Assembly (NCBI RefSeq): GCF_000161455.1
Contig: NZ_CM000745.1
Span: 2,699,496 to 2,723,495 of the forward strand
Length of the DNA stretch: 24,000 bases
Direction of reading: 5' to 3'
DNA from: Bacillus pseudomycoides DSM 12442
GTDB taxonomy: Bacteria > Bacillota > Bacilli > Bacillales > Bacillaceae_G
The notes below the pieces were generated by a model. That model was not told where the DNA came from and searched no databases. It saw only the letters and a list, made by a program, of their open reading frames with translations. This document shows, in pieces, positions 9,992-16,733 of this stretch. The stretch's first letter is position 1. The number at the start of each line of letters is the position of its first letter. A program made the position numbers and the translations under genes.

Positions 9992-10132
9992 GGGCAGTGT
10001 AGGAAAGAATTTCTTCGCCTTTCACGCGGTAGGTCGCAGGTTCGAATCCTTGCCTTCCCTGATGTTTTATTAACATTAGGGGAGTAGCTCAGTTTGGTAG
10101 AGCAACATATTGAGTCTTTCCGCCTATCTCCC
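9992..10132 (+). ncRNA. Y RNA, YrlA-like (unit 1) with circularly permuted tRNA-like module
   Basis: Terminal stem GGG(C)AG..UA..GGAAAGA (9992-10008) pairs with UCUUUCC..UA.CU.CCC (10115-10132). T-arm with GGTTCGAATCC (10039-10049). 7-bp acceptor-like helix CUUCCCU/AGGGGAG capped by hairpin AUGUU-UUAUU-AACAU. D-arm TAGCTCAGTTTGGTAGAGCA (10085-10104). T6 tract follows. Lies next to rsr. Confidence 0.78.
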
Positions 10133-10160
10133 TTTTTTATAATTCATATTTAATAGATTT

Positions 10161-10285
10161 GGGCAGTGTAGAGAAGGATTTCTTCGCTTTGGGTGCCGTG
10201 TGTCATGGGTTCGAATCCCATCCTTCCCATTTTGGAAGGTAGCTCAGTGGTAGAGCAACGTAATGAGCCTTTTCGCTTATCTCCC
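10161..10285 (+). ncRNA. Y RNA, YrlA-like (unit 2) with circularly permuted tRNA-like module
   Basis: Same architecture as unit 1. GGG(C)AG..UA..GAGAAGG (10161-10177) pairs with CCUUUUC..UA.CU.CCC (10268-10285). Perfect T-arm AUGGG-UUCGAAU-CCCAU (10205-10221). Acceptor-like CCUUCC/GGAAGG closed by a short loop. D-arm TAGCTCAGTGGTAGAGCA (10240-10257). Confidence 0.78.
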
Positions 10286-10306
10286 AAATCTTTAAACATT
10301 ATATAT

Positions 10307-10481
10307 AACAGGAACAGTGTAGATAGCCCATGCTTCGTTTGCTAATATTAAGTGCTATAGATTCGATCCTAATCGATGCGGAAAGGTCCGCACCGAATTC
10401 GTACTTTTCTTTGATTCATAACACTAAGGTAGGAGTTACTTCGTCATATAGGGATTGTGTTTGTGGGATTCGATTCCTGTT
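10307..10481 (+). ncRNA. Third, divergent Y-RNA-like/structured RNA unit
   Basis: Perfect 8-bp closing helix AACAGGAA (10307-10314) / TTCCTGTT (10474-10481). Shares the CAGTGTAG motif (10315-10322) with units 1 and 2. Two T-loop-like GATTCGATYC motifs (10359-10369, 10465-10477). Internal hairpin GCGGA-AAGG-UCCGC near 10377-10390. No clear D-arm. Confidence 0.4.
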
Positions 10482-10512
10482 TTGAATATTTCTTAAGTGT
10501 TAGGAATGAGTG

Positions 10513-10545
10513 AAAAAAGGCAACGTATATACGTTGCCTTTTTTA
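10513..10545 (+). terminator. Rho-independent terminator closing the Y-RNA array
   Basis: A-tract, palindrome GGCAACGTAT/ATACGTTGCC (10519-10538), then T6 (10539-10544). Confidence 0.8.
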
Positions 10546-10557
10546 TTTGTATTTCAA

Positions 10558-10581
10558 CCAGCAGTGTCAAAAAATCTCTGG
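10558..10581 (+). promoter_or_regulatory. Mini-hairpin in the rsr leader that mimics the Y-RNA terminal stem and overlaps the SD
   Basis: CCAG(C)AG-UGU...AU-CU-CUGG. Pairs 10558:10581, 10559:10580, 10560:10579, 10561:10578, bulged C10562, then 10563:10577 and 10564:10576. Shares the strings GCAGUGU and AUCUC with units 1 and 2. G10580-G10584 is the SD for ATG 10594. Confidence 0.35.
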
Positions 10582-10593
10582 GGGTAGATCATA

Positions 10594-12063
10594 ATGTCAA
10601 AGTTTAATCATTCTTCTCAAGGAAGCCGTCAAACATATACAAAAGAGGGCGGAAAAGCTTATAAAATGTATGATAAAGATAAATTAGTTACGATGGTATT
10701 AACATCTTTCTTTAATGAGCCAAAATTTTATGGTAATAACAGCGAAGAATTAGTTACTACTGCAAAACAAATCATGGACAGAGACCCTAAATTTGTTGCA
10801 AGTTTAGCAGTCTATGCACGTGAAGTGTTCTACATGCGTTCTGTTACACATGTATTAGCAGTGGAACTTGCAAACCACCCTGAAGGTCGTAAATATGCTC
10901 GTCAAACAGTTTCTCGTATTGCGCAGCGTCCGGATGATGTAACAGAAATAATGGCATATCAATTAGGGGTATATGGTCGGAAAAATCCAATTCCAAACTC
11001 TTTGAAAAAGGGGTTAGCAGATGCCTTTTCTACATTTGATGAATATCAATTAGCAAAATACAATCGCACAGGAAAAGACGTTACATTGAAAGATGTATTC
11101 CGTTTAGTAAGCCCATCTGCCAAAAAAGGAACAGAACGTTACGAACTTTATAAACGTTTGTTAGAAAACACACTGCAAGTACCATATACATGGGAAACAC
11201 AGCTTTCTCAAAAAGGAAACAAAAAAGAAGTGTGGGAAGAATTAATTGATAGCGGAAAAGTGGGTTATATGGCCTTACTTCGTAACCTTCGCAATATCGT
11301 AAATTCAGGTGCCTCAAATATTGATACAGTATATAACATTCTTCGCGATCCTGAGCGAGTAAAAAAATCAAAACAATTACCATTTCGCTTTTTTTCAGCA
11401 TATCGTGTTGTGCAAGAAAAATTACCACAAGCAGGAAGCGAATTATTAGATATATTGAATGACGCAATTGAAGCATCTGTTACAAACATGCCGAGATTAT
11501 CAGGAACAACATTTATGACAGCAGATATCTCAGGATCTATGACATGTTATCCTGTTTCAAAAGATGGGAGTGTTAAATGTGCAGATATTGCTACACTAAT
11601 GATGGCAATGGCACACTCCTTCTGTGATAATTCTATTACATCTGTATTCGCAACTGATTTCAAAGCGATAAATGTTTCTACCCGTTCTGGTATTTTAGAG
11701 AACATGAACACATTTTTATCAGAAGTTAATAAACATGGATATGGAACAAACTTACATCTTTCTATCAAATATTTATTAGATCACAAAATCAAAGTTGACC
11801 GCATTCTTGTCTTCTCTGATGAGCAAGTGTACGGAGATAGGTATGGAGACAATTCTTCACAAATTCTTCTTGAAACATATCGTCGTGAAATGAATCCTGA
11901 TGTTTGGGTTCACTCTTTCAATTTAAATAGTTACGGTAATCAACAATTCGTAGGAGAGAAAACAAATTTAATCGGTGGCTGGAGTGAAAAATGTTTGGAC
12001 TTCATTCATTATGCGGAAGAAGGAACAGGTTCCCTTATTTCAGCTATCGAAAATTATCAATAA
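10594..12063 (+). CDS. rsr: Ro60-related protein Rsr (TROVE domain + C-terminal vWA/MIDAS)
   Basis: 489 aa. N-terminal TROVE-like sequence (KLVTMVLTSFFNEPKFYGN, FVASLAVYAREVFYMRSVTHVL, YMALLRNLRNI, LPFRFFSAY). C-terminal MIDAS TADISGSMT. Adjacent to the Y-RNA-like genes. Confidence 0.9.
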   Translation: MSKFNHSSQGSRQTYTKEGGKAYKMYDKDKLVTMVLTSFFNEPKFYGNNSEELVTTAKQIMDRDPKFVASLAVYAREVFYMRSVTHVLAVELANHPEGRKYARQTVSRIAQRPDDVTEIMAYQLGVYGRKNPIPNSLKKGLADAFSTFDEYQLAKYNRTGKDVTLKDVFRLVSPSAKKGTERYELYKRLLENTLQVPYTWETQLSQKGNKKEVWEELIDSGKVGYMALLRNLRNIVNSGASNIDTVYNILRDPERVKKSKQLPFRFFSAYRVVQEKLPQAGSELLDILNDAIEASVTNMPRLSGTTFMTADISGSMTCYPVSKDGSVKCADIATLMMAMAHSFCDNSITSVFATDFKAINVSTRSGILENMNTFLSEVNKHGYGTNLHLSIKYLLDHKIKVDRILVFSDEQVYGDRYGDNSSQILLETYRREMNPDVWVHSFNLNSYGNQQFVGEKTNLIGGWSEKCLDFIHYAEEGTGSLISAIENYQ

Positions 12064-12376
12064 TTTTTGTTACACTCTTTTTATTTAGAAGACGGAATAA
12101 TTAGGATAACGGCAGGTCTAGTTAACCATGATGCAATAAAAAAGAAACTCATAATCTTTATTTTAAGAAACCAATGATTTTCTAATGAAAGCAGGGTTAC
12201 CTGGAGCTGCTCGTCCATTTCTATGATTTGAGCCGTTAGCTAATCTTGGCGAGGATAGATTAACTACAAAAGCAACTGGATAGTAACAAACAATAAATTG
12301 CCTACTGATAAGATAAAACTAGTTTATGAAATTTTAATAAAGCATGCTGTTAATTCCAGTATTAAGGAGTTTGAAA

Positions 12377-12721
12377 ATGAAAATAAATAATAGTGAGTAT
12401 GGTGGTTTTGTCGTTTCAAAAAATATTCTGGCTGGAAAACCAGTTAGATATTCATTTAGACAAGAAAGTTCTATCCCGCAATTAAATGGCTGGAATTTGT
12501 ATGCTATAGATGATACTGATGACTATGTGAATCATGCAGAAAATTTTATCATCTTAAACGCGGAATCTATTTTTAAAATCGTCCCTGTAATGTTTGAGAT
12601 TTTTGAAGCTCCTTTTGGAACGGATCTATGCTGGCTATATGAAGAAGGAGTTCATATTGGATTTTATGATGTAGTCGCCGATAAAGAAGTGACCATTAAT
12701 GAACTTATAAAACAAAACTAG
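12377..12721 (+). CDS. Small hypothetical protein, possibly DUF2185/Imm33-like
   Basis: AAGGAG SD at 12365-12370, 6 nt before ATG 12377 (the ORF track starts at 12344). Family call is weak recall only. Confidence 0.5.
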   Translation: MKINNSEYGGFVVSKNILAGKPVRYSFRQESSIPQLNGWNLYAIDDTDDYVNHAENFIILNAESIFKIVPVMFEIFEAPFGTDLCWLYEEGVHIGFYDVVADKEVTINELIKQN

Positions 12722-12770
12722 TTTTTTCATGTAGCTCTATTTTATAAGTTCTTTAGTAGATGACAAACAA

Positions 12771-12815
12771 GCCCCTTATAAGCCCCTTCCAACCCCCTTA
12801 TAAACCCCTACCAAG
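12771..12815. repeat. Four tandem 11-bp iteron-like direct repeats
   Basis: GCCCCTTATAA / GCCCCTTCCAA / CCCCCTTATAAA / CCCCTACCAAG. One copy per helical turn, about 185 bp upstream of the DnaD-type replication gene. Confidence 0.55.
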
Positions 12816-12999
12816 TAATAAATCATTAAATAAACAAAAGAAAAAACAACTACAAGAACTACTATGAAAAAATAAAAAAGTAACATTCTAGTACTAGTAA
12901 AAATTATAAAATAAATCCACCAAATTCCTGCCTGCAATCCTATATATAGAAGGAGTAACCAATTCTATATTTACCACTAAAAAGGCGGGAGGAAGAAAC

Positions 13000-13872
13000 A
13001 TGGGAGTATACCGGAGTGTACAGGTGAATTTTTGGCAAGATGAGTTTGTACTTGATTTAACGCCAGAGGAGCGCTATTTTTATATGTATTTGCTGACATG
13101 TTCGAAGACGACACAATGCGGGATTTACTCACTGCCACTACGTTTGGTAGAGATGGAAACGGGGTATAACCGTGAAACTGTTGAGAAGTTGTTGCAAAGG
13201 TTTGTTGCGTATGGAAAGATATTATATGACGCGAAAACGAAGGAGTTATATGTTCTAAATTGGTTACGTTATAACCCTGTTACAAATACGAACATAGAAA
13301 AGTGTGTGTTACGTGAGTTAAAGACTGTGAAAAATAAAGAGTTTGTACATATGTTTCTTCAAAGATGCCTCGAGGAAGAGTTGAATATTCCGTTATTGTT
13401 AGAACATTTCGGAATGCCAGTTGAAGTATCTGATGTGATTCCGCAAGAAGTTTTTCAAGGTTGTGCACAGGATGAGAAAGTAGAAGAAGTAGAAGAAAAA
13501 GCGAATCCAGGTAGCAGTGTATTCACATTTTATGAACAAAACTTCGGTAGTTTGTCATCATATGCAGCGAAGGAATTAAGTGAATGGGTTACGGATTTGT
13601 CGGAGGAGCTTGTACTAAAGGCACTTCAGATTGCCTATGAAAATAATAAGCGGACGCTTGCTTATGTGAAGGGGATTTTACGAGATTGGCATGGGAAAGG
13701 ATATACGAAGCTCAGTGAAATAGAGGAAGCAGCAGCGAAGTTTCGAAAGAAGGAGCCGTCTATTCTTTATGAGACGGAGAAGTTTTTGGAGGAGTGTGAA
13801 GAGTGGAAGAAGAATGTTCCGTCTGAGGAAGAATTACAGAAGTTCTTGCAGGAACAAGGGTGGCAGCCGTGA
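13000..13872 (+). CDS. Phage/plasmid replisome organiser with DnaD-like C-terminal domain
   Basis: 290 aa. GGGAGG SD. N-terminus VQVNFWQDEFVLDLTPEERYFYMYLLT is typical of the phage replisome-organiser N domain. C-terminus FYEQNFG..ELSEW..ALQIAYENNKRTLAYVKGILRDWHGKG is DnaD-like. Confidence 0.85.
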   Translation: MGVYRSVQVNFWQDEFVLDLTPEERYFYMYLLTCSKTTQCGIYSLPLRLVEMETGYNRETVEKLLQRFVAYGKILYDAKTKELYVLNWLRYNPVTNTNIEKCVLRELKTVKNKEFVHMFLQRCLEEELNIPLLLEHFGMPVEVSDVIPQEVFQGCAQDEKVEEVEEKANPGSSVFTFYEQNFGSLSSYAAKELSEWVTDLSEELVLKALQIAYENNKRTLAYVKGILRDWHGKGYTKLSEIEEAAAKFRKKEPSILYETEKFLEECEEWKKNVPSEEELQKFLQEQGWQP

Positions 13873-14057
13873 GTATTCAACATATCGAGGCGGAACAAAT
13901 GGTGTTAGGATCTTTGCTTCTTGATGGTGAACTAATTAAGGAGTGTCACCTGATTGAGCGGTACTTTTCTATGGGTGTGTATCAAACTATATTCAATTCG
14001 ATACGAAAAATAAAGGAAGACGGGCTGCAGTTAGACAAGATAATTTTACTTAAGTAG
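13869..14057 (+). pseudogene. Truncated replicative DNA helicase (DnaB N-terminal fragment, about 62 aa)
   Basis: GTGA start/stop overlap with the DnaD-like gene. IEAEQMVLGSLLLDGELI is the conserved DnaB N-terminal signature. The ORF stops after about 60 codons, whereas DnaB-type helicases are several hundred residues. Confidence 0.7.
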
Positions 14058-14116
14058 ATTAACTTGCATGCTAGTTTTGGATGGAGCTTGAAGAATTAGA
14101 AAAAGGAGATCTTAAA

Positions 14117-14584
14117 ATGATAATAAACGATGCCGTTTTTGGTGAACTTGAATATAATTACGGATGGGTAAGGTACACTACTATAACGTTTTGTGGAAAG
14201 GAAGCTAAGATAGCGTTAATGGTAGATGGCGAAGAGGAAAGTGGATTTGATAAAGAACAATATGAATCATATGATTCATTGATGGAAAATTGGGAGCAAG
14301 TGCAACAAAGTATTTTGCAACCGATTTTAGACTATTATAAACAAAAAAGGTATGAGCTTGGTTATGATATTGAATTTAATGAACATTATCCTTTAATTGA
14401 AACAACTGATCAACTTCTTAATAGGATAAGTTTAGTTGGAATTGTTGTTCCGTATGCGGGTATTTTTGAAGGTCGAGGGATCGGACTCACCTTCGACTGT
14501 ACATGGGATATGGAAAATGGTTTAGGTCTTCTTCTTATAAATGAAAAGGTAACCGAAGTGGGCTATCAGGATGTTGCGATTTGA
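14117..14584 (+). CDS. Hypothetical protein, immunity-protein-like (family uncertain, possibly DUF6985/DUF2004-type)
   Basis: AAGGAG SD 8 nt before ATG 14117 (the ORF track starts at 14081). Small, acidic and cytoplasmic. Sits at the head of the immunity-type gene array. Confidence 0.55.
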   Translation: MIINDAVFGELEYNYGWVRYTTITFCGKEAKIALMVDGEEESGFDKEQYESYDSLMENWEQVQQSILQPILDYYKQKRYELGYDIEFNEHYPLIETTDQLLNRISLVGIVVPYAGIFEGRGIGLTFDCTWDMENGLGLLLINEKVTEVGYQDVAI

Positions 14585-14684
14585 ATAGGGTGAAGTAATA
14601 TAAAGATAGCTTAGAGTTTTCTTTTAAAATATGAAATTGATGAAGAAAAGAAGACGCTCAATTATATTATGTGTAAAGAGTTTT

Positions 14685-14717
14685 AATTTAAATTTAAATT
14701 TAAATTTAAATTTAAAT
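14685..14717. repeat. Hexanucleotide microsatellite (AATTTA) x 5.5
   Basis: Perfect AATTTA repeats from 14685, running into the ATG at 14716. Confidence 0.95.
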
Positions 14718-15234
14718 GAAGCATGAGGTGAATGAATTGTTTACAAAAGATACATACATTAGCTCGGTAAAAGAAAATCTTGAAAAAAATTCAGAAAGGT
14801 TGATTCATAATATAAGGGAAATTCTTAATTTTAATTATTACAGTAAAATAGAGTTAGTAGATTTTATGATTTTTATCGGATCGTTTGACCTTTCTATCAT
14901 GATGTTTTCTATGAATAGAGAAGCAAGTGAGGTTTTTTACGAAGGAAACGATAGCAGTGTTTTTGCAGGAAGTCATGAATTACTCGAACGTATATCATAC
15001 TATAACCTTTCTTATGATAAATCAGACGAGTTCTGGGAGTTTTATGAAGAAAACGATGAGATCATATCGGAAGATGAGGAAAAAATCATTGTGGAATGGT
15101 TTATTGATTGCTGGAATAAAGCAAATGGAGGAAGTATAAAATTACCTGCCTATTGTGGTTTTCATGATGCTAATCAATCATTTGACTTGCAGAAAAATAT
15201 ATGGGTTTCTGATGAGGAAAAGTGGTGGGATTAA
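14716..15234 (+). CDS. Hypothetical acidic protein (172 aa), immunity-protein-like context
   Basis: ORF with Bacillus-like codon usage. The real start may be TTG 14737, 6 nt after GAGGTG (14725-14730). No recognisable motif. Confidence 0.5.
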   Translation: MKHEVNELFTKDTYISSVKENLEKNSERLIHNIREILNFNYYSKIELVDFMIFIGSFDLSIMMFSMNREASEVFYEGNDSSVFAGSHELLERISYYNLSYDKSDEFWEFYEENDEIISEDEEKIIVEWFIDCWNKANGGSIKLPAYCGFHDANQSFDLQKNIWVSDEEKWWD

Positions 15235-15383
15235 TACGCAAAAGATAACGGCTTGTTTTTTAGAGTATCACAGAATAGAGAAAAATGATTTTTACTGAAA
15301 GAGGATATGTCTAACGAACTTATGCCGATGATACACAATCAAAAAGAGATGGTGAAAATAATTTACCAAGGAGTGGAACTACG

Positions 15384-15812
15384 GTGGAGATTGAAGTGAT
15401 TCATGAAAAATTATCATTAGAAGAGTTAGAAGCTTTTGAGGAAAAACATCAGTTGCGATTACCGAAATATTATAGAGAGTTTTTATTAAAATATAATGGA
15501 GGCTATCCAAAGGCAAGTATGTATAAAATCTCTGATGATGCAGGAGAAAGTGTATTAAATATTTTCTATGGAATTGGGAGTATGTATGATAATTTGGATA
15601 AAATAATAGATTTTTTTGATGATCTTTTAGATATGGGATTTATACCAATTGCAGATGATCCTGGCGGTAACCAAATATGTTTGGGGATCAATGAGGAATA
15701 CTGTGAAAAAATCTTTCATTGGGCTCATGATGAAGAGCACGACGGTATGAAAAATATGTATTTTTTAGCCAATAATATAAATGAATTTCTTGATTATTTA
15801 TATGAGGAGTAA
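15384..15812 (+). CDS. SMI1/KNR4 (SUKH-1) family immunity-type protein
   Basis: 142 aa. Typical SUKH signature LPKYYREFLLKYNGG plus later FIPIADDPGGNQICL. AAGGAG SD upstream of GTG 15384. Confidence 0.85.
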   Translation: MEIEVIHEKLSLEELEAFEEKHQLRLPKYYREFLLKYNGGYPKASMYKISDDAGESVLNIFYGIGSMYDNLDKIIDFFDDLLDMGFIPIADDPGGNQICLGINEEYCEKIFHWAHDEEHDGMKNMYFLANNINEFLDYLYEE

Positions 15813-15881
15813 AGTTAAACAGTTATATAGCCTTCAGGGGAATAGAATAAAAATTCATGTGTATAAAGGGGAATTCAAAGA

Positions 15882-16451
15882 ATGATTCATTATGGAGAGC
15901 TGTATTATGACCATTATAGTAAATACCTAGGTGAGCCAATCGACCGGGAAGTATTTAAAAATGGTGAGGACATGCCGAGTATACAAATTTTGAAATATGA
16001 AAATGTATTTGAAGAATGTCTTGTTTTTCATACACTTGGGTTTAGTAGATATGAAGAAATAGTAGGGGATAATGTTGAAGTTTCCATGGTAGTTGATGGG
16101 GCATTTCGTAGTGTAGGATATATTTTGGCAAATGCTTTATTTTATTGTATAGCGAATCGAATAGAAATAGGTCGTGGAACAGCAATTAGTGGCATTGAAA
16201 GTATTGATAAGTCTTTTGTTCGAAAATACAATAAAAGTGCAGTTTACTTTACTGAACCGTTCGCTTTCCCAGAGGAATACAGCTATGTACTGACTGGAAA
16301 TGCAGAAAAGGATGGTAAAGTGTTGCTGGCATTTTTTATTTCGGAGTCGGAATATGAATATTTTCTAAAATACGGAACAGAGAAATTTGAGGAATTATTA
16401 GAAGAGAATCATGTGGATCCTTTTCATGTTAGCAGGGAGTCTATAAATTGA
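15882..16451 (+). CDS. Suppressor-of-fused (SUFU)-like domain protein, immunity-type
   Basis: 189 aa. HYSKYLGEP...IQILKY...FHTLGFS pattern recalled from bacterial SUFU-domain proteins. AAAGGGGA SD. Confidence 0.65.
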   Translation: MIHYGELYYDHYSKYLGEPIDREVFKNGEDMPSIQILKYENVFEECLVFHTLGFSRYEEIVGDNVEVSMVVDGAFRSVGYILANALFYCIANRIEIGRGTAISGIESIDKSFVRKYNKSAVYFTEPFAFPEEYSYVLTGNAEKDGKVLLAFFISESEYEYFLKYGTEKFEELLEENHVDPFHVSRESIN

Positions 16452-16570
16452 GGATTAGCTAGTCCCGATAAAGGTCTATTATGGTTTAAACGAAATAGTA
16501 CATATCATAGAAAAGATAAATTAAAAAACCGAAACATCACCTCGCCAAAAGAATAAAAGGGGAGTATAAG

Positions 16571-16702
16571 ATGAATGAAAAAGTAACAGTATGGATTGGG
16601 AATTTTGAGAGTAATGATGAGTTTGAAAACTATACGAATATTAAATATACAGAAGATGGGGATAGTATACCTTCTATATTCGAACAACATTTGATGGAAT
16701 AA
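16571..16702 (+). pseudogene. Truncated Imm22-like immunity gene (43 codons)
   Basis: AAAGGGGAG SD then ATG 16571. MNEKVTVWIGNFESNDEFENYTNIKYTEDGDSIPS resembles the N-terminus of immunity-22-family proteins (recall). Stops early at 16700-16702. Confidence 0.5.
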
Positions 16703-16733
16703 TAGAATTTTAATTGGAGGAGGGATAGTTAAG

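Noticed and set aside
10030-10260. Apparent tRNA genes (consensus GGTTCGAATCC T-loops and TAGCTCAGTTTGGTAGAGCA D-arms)
   Set aside because: The T-arm precedes the D-arm, the acceptor stem is closed by a loop, and there is no anticodon arm. These are permuted tRNA-like modules inside Y RNAs, not functional or split tRNA genes.
9992-10481. Possible CRISPR-like or other short-repeat array, because of three repeated units with a shared leading motif
   Set aside because: The units are 125-175 nt, internally structured and non-identical, with no short-repeat/unique-spacer alternation and no cas genes.
12064-12343. 280-bp intergenic region after rsr with a small CAGG-GUUA-CCUG hairpin: possible additional ncRNA or attachment site
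   Set aside because: No terminator, promoter or repeat could be supported, and there is no similarity to the Y-RNA units. The evidence is insufficient.
15307-15399. 30-codon ORF ending in overlap with the SMI1/KNR4 start: possible toxin C-terminal stump
   Set aside because: It is too short to assign and has no recognisable toxin motif. It is kept only as a note inside the immunity-array finding.
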